A stretch of 64,000 nucleotides of DNA from Octopus sinensis (Eukaryota), in assembly GCF_006345805.1 (NCBI RefSeq), contig NC_043008.1:7192001-7256000 (forward strand), in the 5' to 3' direction. The first letter of the stretch is position 1. Every line of letters begins with the position of its first letter. Shown piece by piece: positions 39,203 through 52,446 of this stretch. The notes beneath the pieces are model-generated. The model searched no databases, was not told where the DNA came from, and saw nothing but the letters and a program-made list of their open reading frames with translations. A program made the position numbers and the translations under genes.

Positions 39203-39333
39203 AAGAAAAACATGTCGCCCAGATATTTAATATAGCTTATTTCCCATATTTCGAGACCAGCGACGAACCGTCGCTGGAAAGAACATATAGTGTTTTGCGA
39301 GTAGGGTGAGTTTTCATCACAAGCTTGTGATTA

Positions 39334-39387
39334 ACACACGGTGAGGAGGACGGGTAACCGCCCAGAAACTCGAGTGAGTCCGTGTGT
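39334..39387 (+). ncRNA. Degenerate type I hammerhead motif within a hairpin-rich element (39257-39500)
   Basis: ACACACGG-UGAGGA-GGACGG GUAA CCGCCC-A-GAAA-CUCGAGU-G-AGUCCGUGUGU; C3 missing, G at position 17. Confidence 0.5.
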
Positions 39388-39556
39388 ATCACATAAGGCT
39401 AGGGATGGGAGCGATGATCTCCCCTCGCAAATACTAATGGGACATAGCTGGAAGATATGTCTTCATAGGACTATAAATGCCAGTAAACAGTAACACTGTC
39501 CTGTATAGGACGCCAGACTTTGTTGGCAGTATATATATATACATAATATATATATC

Positions 39557-39597
<41 letters not shown>

Positions 39598-39826
39598 ACT
39601 TATAAGGGCTAAAGTAAATTATTTCAAAGCCAATATGCTGATAAAGACTTTTAAATCGTCGATTTCCACATATTATTACTCGTTACAGAAAAACACGAAG
39701 AACTGAAATCAGGGAGTTCTAAATGTAAATGTATTTTATTAGGCTGCCACATTTTGATGGAATTTTTTCTGTAAAAATAAACTTCATCCTATATTAGTAG
39801 TATATATATATATATATATATGTATG

Positions 39827-39871
<45 letters not shown>

Positions 39872-39890
39872 ATGTATATATAATTTATAT

Positions 39891-39937
<47 letters not shown>

Positions 39938-40079
39938 GAGAGATTTTAACCTATGCCATCAATTTTGATTTGCTTGTGATTAACATATTTTAACTTTAAA
40001 AATGAAGAAATACATCAGCAATCTGTTTATTTTACAAAATGAATGATGCTTATGAGGGAGAAGAGAAGATATTTCCACT

Positions 40080-40250
40080 GGTTTGGCTGCCAGACAATCC
40101 TTGGAAATGCTTAACAGCATTTCGCCCGTCTTTATGATCTGAGTTCAAATCCCGACGTGGCCGAGTTTGCATTTCATCATTCGAGAACCATTCAAGTACT
40201 GGAGTCAATGTTAACGACTTGACCCCTTTGCCTGAATTTACCGGCCTTAT
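40080..40250 (+). mobile_element. SINE family A, decayed
   Basis: GCATTTCGCCCGTCTTTATGATCTGAGTTCAAATCC...TTTCATC. Confidence 0.75.
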
Positions 40251-40300
40251 GCTAAATTCTTCTTTTTCCTCATCTTCTTCTTCTTCTTCTTCTTCTTCTT

Positions 40301-40331
<31 letters not shown>

Positions 40332-40352
40332 TCATTATTATTATTATTATTA

Positions 40353-40387
<35 letters not shown>

Positions 40388-41107
40388 ACAAGGAGGGAAG
40401 TATCAATTCTAATATCGTCAGTAGTGCTAATAATGATTTCCGAGATATACGTAGTTAACTGTAGCTAGTTTCAACGGAATACAGTCCTTCTTTCTTTCGA
40501 AATATATATTTTATAATGAAGTGTACTTTTTGAAGTAATTTTTTAATAAACCACTGAAATGAAGGCGATGAGATATTTATAGATGTAGAAGACGAGATAT
40601 CGAAATATTGCGACAGACGGTAAGATGATTAGTAGTGCAAGAACAAGGATTTTGCTGGCGGCTTGAAACCAACTTGAAGACAGATCAGTACAAGACATTT
40701 CTGTTGTTGTATGGTGCCAACCACGTCAAACTATTCCATTTAGAGACTATTGGGAATAGAAGTAAAAGAAAGAAAAATTGTGAGAAAGAGAGCGTGCGAG
40801 GCAGGGAAGTGGGGGGGGGGAGATGGTGAATAAACTCAATATTTTTAGAGAAGAAAAATGACGACACTAATTATGCCTCGAAATAGTCAATAGTAACAAC
40901 AACGACAACAACGAGAGCAACAACAGCAACAACAACAATATTTTCCATGAAATTCATTTCATGATATTTCATTAATATTTGGTGTATATCGTTTGTCTCT
41001 ACCGCACTCAATCACACACACACACACACACTCTCTCTCTAATATGTCTGCACACACACACACACTGATATATATATATATATATATATACATACATACA
41101 TATATAT

Positions 41108-41154
<47 letters not shown>

Positions 41155-41198
41155 ATACATACATACATATAATATATACATATATATATTATTATATA

Positions 41199-41259
<61 letters not shown>

Positions 41260-41275
41260 ATATATATATATATAT

Positions 41276-41346
<71 letters not shown>

Positions 41347-41361
41347 TATATATATACTATG

Positions 41362-41392
<31 letters not shown>

Positions 41393-41473
41393 ATATATAT
41401 ATGCGTGTATATGTACATGTAGAGGTAGGTACGTAATATATGTTTATATATATGCATATATTCTATTTTATTA

Positions 41474-41579
<106 letters not shown>

Positions 41580-42155
41580 TGCACACACAGAAACACACAC
41601 ACACACACACAAACACACTATCCTATATAAGGGTGCATCACTGTATCGCGTCAACCGGCGGCAACGAGTTTTTCTTAAGTCTACCAACGACGCAAGCGCT
41701 AATTGGTGCATATGCTAACTCGCCACACACACACACACACACACACACGTAAATATAAATTACTAAAATTAAACCAAAAAGTGAACAGTAGTAAACATTC
41801 AGCATTGTACCTCATATTTATGAGTGCAAATTAGAAAAACCAAAAATATGCCCAGGAACGTATCTGGCAAATCTACAACGAAAACAACATCGCAAATATA
41901 TTGAAGGTTGTTGGTACGAAACATTAAAATAGAGACGAACATATTGAAGCTGTAATTTGGAATGGCGAATAAACGCGTGCTGGTGTGGTACTGGTCATGG
42001 CTGTTGTTGTATTGGCAGGGGTGTGAGTGGTCTAAATGGTACTATGTTCTTTGTAATTCTTCATTTCGTTGCCGGCTGAAGCAGTGTTCGCAATAAATAT
42101 ATATATATAAATATATATATAAATATATATATACAATATATATATATATATATAT

Positions 42156-42222
<67 letters not shown>

Positions 42223-42714
42223 TATTCATATATATATGCATATATATATACATACAAATATTATGCGCATGTGTGCATGTATGTAAGTAAGCATTTAAGC
42301 AGCTATGTGCACACGTGTAAGCACATGTATACAAAACAGTGGAGTTGATGGTAAACCAATACGAAAGTTCGTGTAAAATATATTAATTGAAGGTGAAAAA
42401 GTTCACAAAATATTACTCCCATATTCAGGTACTTGATTATCGTGCAGGTGTTATGGCATTTTAGATTTTATGGAATCTCTACAAGAATGAAACCGATTGT
42501 TGATGATGAACAATACAACATTAAAATCGAGTAAAATAAGATTTAAAAAAAACAATATTAAAAACAACAAATTCTATTGAATTGTTTGAGGTTAATATTT
42601 ATTTTTATTGAACTTTTGCAGACGTTATTCAAATGCCTTTGCTTTCGAAGTTCATTCCACCAAATGGATGATGTAAAAAAATATTTTTCTCTCTTGAAAA
42701 TATGTGTTTTCAAA

Positions 42715-43975
42715 TTATGGCAGAAGACCAGAAATTTCGGAAGAGAGGGTTACTCGATTATATTAAACCCAGTGTTCAACTGATACTTATTTTAACGACC
42801 CCGAAAGAATGAAAGACAGTCGTTCTCGGCGTAATTTGAACACAGAATGTAAAGTCGGATGAAATACAGCTAAGTAATTTGTCCGGCGTAATTCTGATTC
42901 TGCTAGCTTACCGCCTTTATGTTTAGTAACATTGCCATTAACACTTCGGATATTCCTGTCAGAATCGTAAGCAAACCGGAAAAATGCATTTAGGCATTTT
43001 GTATATCTCTGCGTTCTGAATTCAAATTCCGTCATGGTTGACTTTGCCTTTCATCCTTTCGGGATCGGTAATGTAAGTACCTGTTAAACACTGGGGTCGA
43101 TGTTTTCAATTAGGCCCTCTGGCCACATTTCTGTCCTTGTGTCAAAATTTGAAACAAATATTTCAGAGATTCTTGGCCAAATCGTTAGCATGCCGGGCCA
43201 AATGCTTTGCGGCATTTCATCCGTTTTTACGTTGTGAATCCAGTTTTCGCAGAGGCTTACTTTGACTTTCATCCGTTCGAGGTCGATTAAAAAAAGACCA
43301 GTTGCATGATCGAGTAACCCCCACCCCCAAGAAAACAATTACATTTCTTGTGCCAAAATCTGAAACCAATAATTCGGAAGTTTCGAATGCGTTCATATTT
43401 TTCTTCGATCTTACGATTCTATCTCAGTCCCAAGTTGATTCTCATACAATATTTCTTATAACACTGATATACTGTTTTCCACTTTAAATGATTTATTCCT
43501 TTATGGCCCACAGGGGACAAACAATGACAGACAAACGGATTAAGCTGATTCCTTCGGCCCCAGTGCGTAACTGGTACTTAATTTATCGACCTCGAAAGGA
43601 TGAAAGGCAAAGTCGACCTCGGCGGAATTTGAACTCAGAACGTAGCGGCGGACGAAATACCGCTAAGCTTTTGCTCCAGTATCCTACCGATTCTGCCAGC
43701 TCACCCCTTTAAATTATTGCTCTCACGTTGAGCTTCTTTGAATTCTTCACGTTTATATTTCGGTTGCAAAAGGCGGCTAGCTGGCAGAAACGTTAGCACA
43801 CTTTGCAGATTTTCGTCTGTCTTTACATTCTGAGATCAAATTCCGCCGAGGTCGACTTTGCCTTTCATCCTTTCGAGGTCGATAAATTAAGTACCAGTTG
43901 CATACTGGGGTTGCTCTAAACGATTGGCCATCTCCCTCAAAATTTCGGGCCTTGTGCCTAGAGTAGAAAATATAT
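42715..43975. mobile_element. Cluster of ~5 family A SINEs in mixed orientation (-,+,+,-,+)
   Basis: Copies at ~42715-42915(-), 42950-43110(+), 43170-43310(+), 43500-43708(-), 43773-43970(+). Confidence 0.85.
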
Positions 43976-44152
43976 ATTTCAATTGCATTTTTTTCATGTC
44001 CACTCTGAATTTGAACTCGTATCCTTCCGGTTATCTGACTGTTTACTGATTTCATGAAATTGCACTCAAAAGCTAATACACAACTATTTCATTCTCATCC
44101 TTCAAATTAGATATCATTCTCTCTCCCTTCATCTCTCTCTCTCTATCTTTCT

Positions 44153-44190
<38 letters not shown>

Positions 44191-44259
44191 TATATATATA
44201 TGTATATGTATTATATATTATATATATGTATATATATATATATATATTATATGTATATG

Positions 44260-44311
<52 letters not shown>

Positions 44312-44759
44312 CTGTTAATTTCTCTAACGATGCTATATATTCGCTACTAACTTTCTCCTTTTACAGACATGTACTCACACACACACGAACGTTCCCACAC
44401 GAACACGCGCGCACACATACACAAACACACACACACACATATTTTGTATACAAATTAATGTGACGCATTCATGAAGCTAACACGTGTATCAAGACTAAAT
44501 TTACTGCTTCCACCTTTCCATCAATACACTTTAGTGTTCTTCTAGTTCTTCGAGGGGGGCGGGCGCAGACTTTCCTTCTCTCCATTTCCTTTTCTGCCAA
44601 ACTAATTTGCACTTATTCACCCTCGTTTAAAGATTTTAATGCCTTGTACCGTGTATCTCTCTTAAATTCTAAATGTCCAATGCAATAATTTTATTTGAAA
44701 TTTTCACTCTGCTGCAATATTACAACTATTAACATGCTATTTATACAATATAGACGCAA

Positions 44760-45345
44760 AAAATGGCTGTGTGGTAAGAAGCCCGCTTTCTAACCGCATG
44801 GCACCGGGTTCAGACCCACAACGTGACACATTCTGATACAACCCCGGGCCGACCAAACCCTTATGAGTGAATTTGGTAGATAGAAACTGAAAGATAAGGC
44901 GGCGAGCTGGCAGAAACGTTAGCCTGCCGGACGAAATGCTTAGCGGTATTTCGTCTGCCGTTACGTTCTGAGTTCAAATTCCGCCGAGGTCGACTTTGCC
45001 TTTCATCTTTTCGGGGTCGGTTAAATAAGTAACAGTTACGCACTGACATCAAAATAATCGACTCAATCCGTTTTTCTGTCCTTGTTTGTCCCCTCTCTGT
45101 TTAGCCCCTTGTGGGTAGTAAAGAAATAGGTATTCCATCTGACGTTACGTTCTGAGTTCAAATTCCGCCGAGGTCGACTTTGCCTTTCATCCTGTCGGGG
45201 TCGATTAAATAAGTACTAGTTACGCACTGGGGTCGATATAATCGACTTAATCCCTTTGTCTGTCCTTATTTGTCTCATCTATGTTTAGCCCCTTGTGGGT
45301 AATAAGGAAATAAGAAACTGAAAGATCCCGGTCGTCGTAGCACAT
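44760..45345 (+). mobile_element. Family D SINE interrupted by a family A dimer (44896-45312) with 14-bp TSD AGAAACTGAAAGAT
   Basis: TSD at 44882-44895 and 45313-45326; internal period ~184 bp. Confidence 0.9.
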
Positions 45346-45835
45346 TTGGATGCCATCTACTCAACTCGACTCCGACTGCTACTACTCTAGTCTACCTGGA
45401 CGTCTAGACTTCTCCCTCTATATCTACGTATTGGGCTAGCCTACTTCATCGCCTGGGGGCGTCTACACAACACATTCAAAAGTACATCAATGTCTTGTCA
45501 AGTAAATTGAAATATTAAATATTTCTTTTGACTGACGGACAGGAGAATTACTGAAGTACGCACGAATACTTTCGGGTTTTTAGCTTAAACCCCTTTCAAT
45601 TCCACCCCCTGCAGTGATTTTGCTTTTACCTCCTTCAGAGACAATAATGCAAAAATAGCAATAACATATTGATAACGAATAATTCTAGAATATTCCGCCA
45701 CTCCACCGCATTATGGACCGAAGTATTTGATATATTTATTATAAGTTGTTCATAATCGGGCAAAATCGTAGATTGCCGTTCCAGTTGTGTTAATTAATTA
45801 CATTTAATTACCGAATATTGTTTCACTTTACTCAC

Positions 45836-46156
45836 ACCATAGTTGCCTACATCTGCTCTCATAGTTCCTCTGCTGCTTTCTTTGGTTCCATTTAATAGAT
45901 ATAACCATTTCTTCGCTTCCAGAACCAATCCCATTAAAGAAATATTTAATCACATCATTTTCTCCTTTCATCTTAATGTTTCTATCTTCAATCTGTCTTC
46001 GTGTTTTTCCAGGAATATTTTCCTCATCGGAACTTGCAATATCAATAATCGATATGCGCTGCTGGAGATCTTGTTTTGTTTTGTGTTGTTCGCTAAACCT
46101 GATTTTCACGTTCTTGGAATGGTGGACGGCGATGTCACCGTTGTCGTTATAGTATG
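45836..46156 (-). CDS. Candidate exon, ~107 open codons ending at a GTGAGT donor; unknown product
   Basis: YYNDNGDIAVHHSKNVKIRFSEQ...ISIIDIASSDEE...RCRQLW|GTGAGT; acceptor weak, so the 5' boundary is uncertain. Confidence 0.3.
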
Positions 46157-46189
46157 CTATTCATCAATATTATCATTATAACCACCATC

Positions 46190-46400
46190 GGCACCACCAC
46201 CACTGGCACTACCACCACCACCACCACCACTACCATTACCACCACCACCACCTACCACCACCACCACCACCACCACCACCACCACCCACACCACACACCA
46301 CCACACCACCCCGCACCACGATTGCACCACCACCGCCATCACCACCACCGTCACCACGACCAGCACCACCACCACTGGCACCACCACCACTACCTCCACC
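46190..46400. repeat. (CAC)n microsatellite
   Basis: Direct reading. Confidence 0.95.
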
Positions 46401-46476
46401 AGGCGCTACTTGTGCCTCGGAGGGTAACTTACTAGGTGCAATCCCATGGTCATTCATGACCGAAAGGTGTCCCCAA

Positions 46477-46507
<31 letters not shown>

Positions 46508-46789
46508 TATTATTATTATTATTATTACTATTATTATTATTATTATTACACACACACACACATTTATATAAACCCAGGCCTATTTTAATTTGAGGAGGGT
46601 TAGCCACAACAAGACACACCAGGTATGCCATTCATTTCCCAGCTCAAATGGTCGAACCCCGTTCTATGCTCGGATCAAGGCATAGAACGCAGCCCCCAAA
46701 ATCAGCAGCGGGGCCCTGCAGAATAAACTGGTTTACGCCTGCTACATCATACTGGGTCCGTACCACTTTGAGCAACATGAAATTCACTC

Positions 46790-46995
46790 GTCCGTCCACA
46801 AACACGCTCTAAGCTTTCTATCATTTATAAAAACTCTCTTGCCTCTCTCTCTCCAACACCTTTAAACACCACAGCTTCCTTCATTCCACCCATCCACACA
46901 AACCGAGGCCTGTTTCCTTACTATCCGCTCCTCATCCATCCTCTCCATGTGGCCAAACCACCTCAATATTAGTCTATCCAATTTTGTGTTTAGAT
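46790..46995 (-). mobile_element. RTE-clade LINE 3' ORF fragment
   Basis: RLILRWFGHMERMDEERIVRK matches the RTE RWxGHxxRM motif. Confidence 0.8.
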
Positions 46996-47942
46996 TTGAT
47001 TTTTTATGAAAGTAATAGACAAGGCCGTGTCTCAGGAGAATCACCGGACAAAATACTTCGCGGCATTTCTCTCCCTTTAGGTTCTGCAGAGCCCGACTTT
47101 ACCTTTCAGTTAATCGTGGTTGATAACAGAAGTACAATTCTAGTACTGGGGCCCACAAAATCAACCAACCCGCTCGCCATAAATTTCAGGCCTTGTACCT
47201 ATAACAGAAAGAATTGTTATTATTGTTTGTAGCTAGATAGTAGGAATAAACATGTAAAATCAAACATCGTGAGTTTACTTGGAATCTGAAATATTTCAGA
47301 TTCTCTTTTGCTTAACTGGAATTAATTTCTCTTGTGTCAAATCCTGTCGGCTGTAGGTCATAGATTAGGTTTTCTCTTTTTTTGTGTGTCCTTCGTAACT
47401 ACATATTTAAATTGTGTTTTGATTTTGTCTTCTGTTTTTGTAACATATTCTGTTACTTCTCACTTCAGGCATTCTCTTGAGTGAATTTCGTCTTTGTAAA
47501 TTACTGTTTCCTATGTTGGTTAAATCGAAGCTGTCTTAGAAGAGAAAAGCCTGGGTCGTAGTACTGAATCCAGAACAACGTGATTGCGAAGATATCTTCT
47601 TCATTGCACGGTTACGGGTTACCTATGTACTATCCTTTCTAGCAGAGTCATATTAAAAGACAGATTGTCATATCAGAAGCAGCCATTATTTACCCTTTGT
47701 GTCAGGAATTGACGTTGTAAAATGATGGTTAGTGTATCACGTTTACGACCAGCTAAGTTTCTCGTTTATGGACAAGTGCATCTACAGCCGTATTTACACT
47801 GTACAAGGCATTGAAAACATCAGATCTTCTCCGTATCCCTAGGTCTAATTAAAAAGGAGTACTTTGGGCTTACTGAACTGATTGTTGTGCCCTAGTTTCG
47901 CGCCAGCTCATCTCCGAGTGAGCAAATATTTATGAGCTTTCT

Positions 47943-48176
47943 TATTTCTTTATTGCCCACAAGGGGCTAAACATAGAGGGGACAAACAAGAACAGATAAA
48001 CGGATTAAGTCGATTACATCGACCCCCAGTGCGTAAGTGGTACTTAATTTATCGACCCCGAAAGGATGAAAGGCAAAGTCGACCTCGGCGGAATTTGAAC
48101 TCACAACGTAGCGGCAGACGAAATACCGGTAAGCATTTCGCCCGGCCTGCTAACAATTCTGCCCGCTCACCGCCTT
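47943..48176 (-). mobile_element. SINE family A, full monomer, ~15-bp TSD ATT(T/C)ATGAGCTTTCT
   Basis: TSD at 47928-47942 and 48179-48193. Confidence 0.95.
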
Positions 48177-48522
48177 TTATTCATGAGCTTTCTAGCTACT
48201 GAAATCCTGGATCTTCAAATAACAACGCCTTCCTATATCATTTCCATGAACTGAACAGCATTCCATGCACTCTATATTTCAAGAACATGGACTATGCATT
48301 TGAAGCAGATTAGACTGCTATTTCTAGCAGAACAAGTGTAAAGATGGCATAGGTTACAGCTTCAAATGAAGGAAGGTTAGTTCCGAGAAGAGTTTCCTTA
48401 GCCGGTGGCTCTTATTTGAATATCACTCGTGTAAATGGCCGGAAGCCGTTTTCAGTTTATACTCTCGTCAATATTCACAGAGGAACATTAACAGTTTCGA
48501 AAAATTCAAGTTTCAGGAATAC

Positions 48523-48580
<58 letters not shown>

Positions 48581-48760
48581 CACACACACATATACACAGA
48601 CACGCGCGTACATACACATACATTCCATAAAGATATACTTAGATTCACATACACATACATCCCAACATGCAGTTGTATCGTGATATGAGCACGCACTATA
48701 TTCACAACACACATACACACATACACACATACATATATAAATACATACATACATACATAC

Positions 48761-48816
<56 letters not shown>

Positions 48817-49140
48817 AGTCGGTGAATGAATATATATATATATGAATATAATATATATATACATAAATACATACATACAAATATATATACATACATACAT
48901 AACTACAAGCATAAATACATACATACACATAAACACATGCGTACATATATAACCATATATAAATATATATACACATCGATTATGCATATCACATGTGCGT
49001 GGGTGTATATGTACGTGAATGTATAAATGTGCTAATTTTACACATAAAACCATTAATTATTCTCAAATATTCATCGTAGTATTTATGTTCTTTCAAGTTT
49101 CTTTCGATGCTGACTGAAGAATCTCATTTTGTCTATGAGA

Positions 49141-49203
49141 CCACGTGACAATAAATTTGCACCGCAGAAAATATATGTCAGTGAGGTCACGTGGCATTTG
49201 CAT
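49141..49203. promoter_or_regulatory. Possible cis-regulatory cluster: two inverted CACGTG E-boxes and an octamer
   Basis: CCACGTGAC 49141-49149, GTCACGTGG 49186-49194, ATTTGCAT 49196-49203; motif content only. Confidence 0.25.
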
Positions 49204-49750
49204 AAATCTTGCATTTCTAACTCCAGATAAACTCGGCGATGTTAAATGTTTCGCTTATCTTCTCGTTCACACGCCGAATTCCAATATATTCCAATGAATT
49301 TAATTCGCATCCCGGCATTCAACGGGCAAATTTAATTCCAGAATTAAACATCCTTCATACAAACACACACATACACGCACACACACACGCACGTACACAA
49401 TCGCATATGCACTAAAACACACGCAGGCACATACACACACGTGCAAACGAACACACCACATGCATATATGCGTTGCTTCTCTTAAAAATACTTTGACGAA
49501 TAACCCATCTGTACGTAGCTACTCTCTCATGGATACAAACATTCAGTGGTGTTCGCTTAGCATTGCATACAATACTTAGAAACATGCATATAATGGTACG
49601 GTTATAGGCTTTTGTTGCATTATATATATGTGTGTGTGTGTGTGTACATACATACATACAAATATGTATGATATGTATGTGTGTATTTATATATGTATAA
49701 ATAATGTATATATATATATATATAGATATATATAAGAATATGTGTATATT

Positions 49751-49781
<31 letters not shown>

Positions 49782-49817
49782 ATATATATATATGTAAATA
49801 TATATATATATAGATGC

Positions 49818-49853
<36 letters not shown>

Positions 49854-50543
49854 GTATATATGTATGTGTGTATATATATGTATATATAATTATATATTAT
49901 ATACATACGCATATGTATAATATATATATTATATATATTTATGTATATATATATATAACATACATACATACATAAATACATGCTTACATACGTACATACA
50001 TACATACTACATACATACATACATACATACATCATACATACATAAATACATACATACATACAGATATAACCTTATTTCTGTCCCATTCTAAAGAAAGCTG
50101 TCCGACGAACGGGAACGTGAAACTCTGGAGACAGGTGTGTGACGTTTCTGCTGCCTTTTAATGAAGCATGTTACTCTGGTGTTCGAGTACTATTTTTTCC
50201 ACCTTGTTTCGCATATATCTGTAAGTACTCACAACACACACACACACACACACATACATACACATATATATATGTGTATGTGTGTGTGCTTATATATATA
50301 CACACATATACACGTACACGCGTGTGTGTCTGTGTATATATGTGTGTGTGTGTTTGTGTGTGTGCGTGTGTGCGTATGTAATATATGTATTACTGAAACT
50401 TGAATTTTGCAAATGCTGAATATAAATTTGATATATATTCTTTACTTGCACTCTACCGGTGGACTTGGATGTTTGACATCCCTTTCTAGAATTTCGGTCC
50501 TCACCTCTTATATATATATATATACATATATAAAACATATAAG

Positions 50544-50627
<84 letters not shown>

Positions 50628-51099
50628 TATATACTATATATGCATATATTCAGCAGTGTCAGCGCAGAGAATTGTTTAGACTTAAGCGAACTTTAGGTTC
50701 GTTAAAATATGTATCTGGCATATTTCAACTTCTAAAAGCAGTGTTGCACATCACTGGGAAGATATCGTGTTTTCACATCTTTTACCACAAGGGAAAATAT
50801 TTTCTCAACGGTAACTGCTGTGATTTTCATTTTTGAAGATGAAATATTTCACAAAAAATTTTTTTAACTAACCTAAAGTTTGAACACACGCATACACTCA
50901 CACACACATGTGCAAACAAACCTATATATATATATATATAGGTCAAACATAAAGAATGGATTGCCTTACATAAATAATATTTTCACAATTCAAAGACATT
51001 ACACACACACACACACACACATACACAACACTGATATCTCATTTTAAAGGATATATTTACTAAGCTTACATAAAATATCTTGAAATACTAAAGAGTAAA

Positions 51100-51730
51100 T
51101 TTATTCAGTAAAAAATCGCCATTGGCTTGAACCACGGCCTCGAAGCAACTTAGGAACCTCCTGCAACCCTCTGCACGGTCTCCTTGTTTAAGGTGGTGAA
51201 TGCTGTCATAATCCTTGCCTTCAGTTCCTCTTTGGTGTTCCAAGGAATTTTGTCGGTCTCTCGCTGAACTGCGCCCCGCGCATAATAATCAAGGGGGTTG
51301 CAGTATGAAGAGTTAGGTGGTCAGATGCTAGCGGTGATGTGGTCGCAGAAATCGTCTGACAGCCATGACTGGGTTCTCTTGCTTGTGTGGCATAGTGTAG
51401 AGTCCTCTTGCTAGACATAGTGTCTTTCAGCAGGGACCCTCTTGACACATGGCAGCACTGCCCCCTCCAGGCATTTGATGTAGACCTCCATGTTGAGTCT
51501 GAGGCCATTTGGGAATGTGAATGGCGCCATAACGTCACCTTTACTTCTGATGTCACCAAACATCATCATATTCACTAGATGTTCTCAGAATGACAGCCCA
51601 AAACACTGAAATGTTCGTATTGGTGCTTCCGGCGCGAATGCCAAGCACTACAGCATGTCGTTTCCAAATTTCTGGTAGAGCGAATTAGGTCATGGCACTC
51701 TTTTTCTCACAGACGGTCCCCAACTGACCC
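51100..51730 (-). mobile_element. maT-like (DD37D) transposase remnant, internally deleted
   Basis: QEDSTLCHTSKRTQSWL...PPNSSYCNPLDYY with 37 residues between D and D; N-terminal EIWKRHAVVLGIRAG fused directly upstream. Confidence 0.9.
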
Positions 51731-52354
51731 TACTATACTGTGTAGTCGGCAAAATCAAAACGAACAATGCGCAAGAGCAAAATATGAAATATAAAATGGC
51801 CACAATTTACCCACGCGACCTAAAAGTGACTGGTAGAGGGGAAAATATATCTGAAGTTTGGATTTTTTATATTGGCGCAAACGTCTATGTGTGTTGGGGA
51901 ATTTTTATCTGGGATCTGTGCAGGGCCATTCTTTTACGTAGACTGTTTTTTGTTTGGCCTATGTATTGCTCTTTACACCCAAAGCACGTTAGTGCGCATA
52001 TCAGGTTCTCCGAAGTACATGTGAAGTTGCTTTTCACTGTGAAACGTTGTCTCTGTTTGAATGAGAACTCTGATCCCTCAATTAAATTGACGCATATCCC
52101 ACAGATGGCTCTTCAGTATTTTTTTCCTGACGGCTTCTGTGTTGTTCTTCGCTGCCAAGAATTTACAATGACCTGGAACCCACAAGAGTAAACAAGAGAG
52201 ACAGAGACAGGCAGAAACAAGTTAAATGCCCCTTGTATTTGAATACTATGCAAATATTCTTTTAAAATGTTTTCTTTTAATTCTTCCATATATATCAACT
52301 CGTGTGTTCCTTTTCAACCTTCTACATATACATACATATATACATACATATACA

Positions 52355-52446
<92 letters not shown>

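Noticed and set aside
46400-46475. Structured segment next to (ATT)n tested as twister or HDV ribozyme
   Set aside because: Only one small hairpin (GGTCAT/ATGACC); required pairings not found; probably a LINE end fragment
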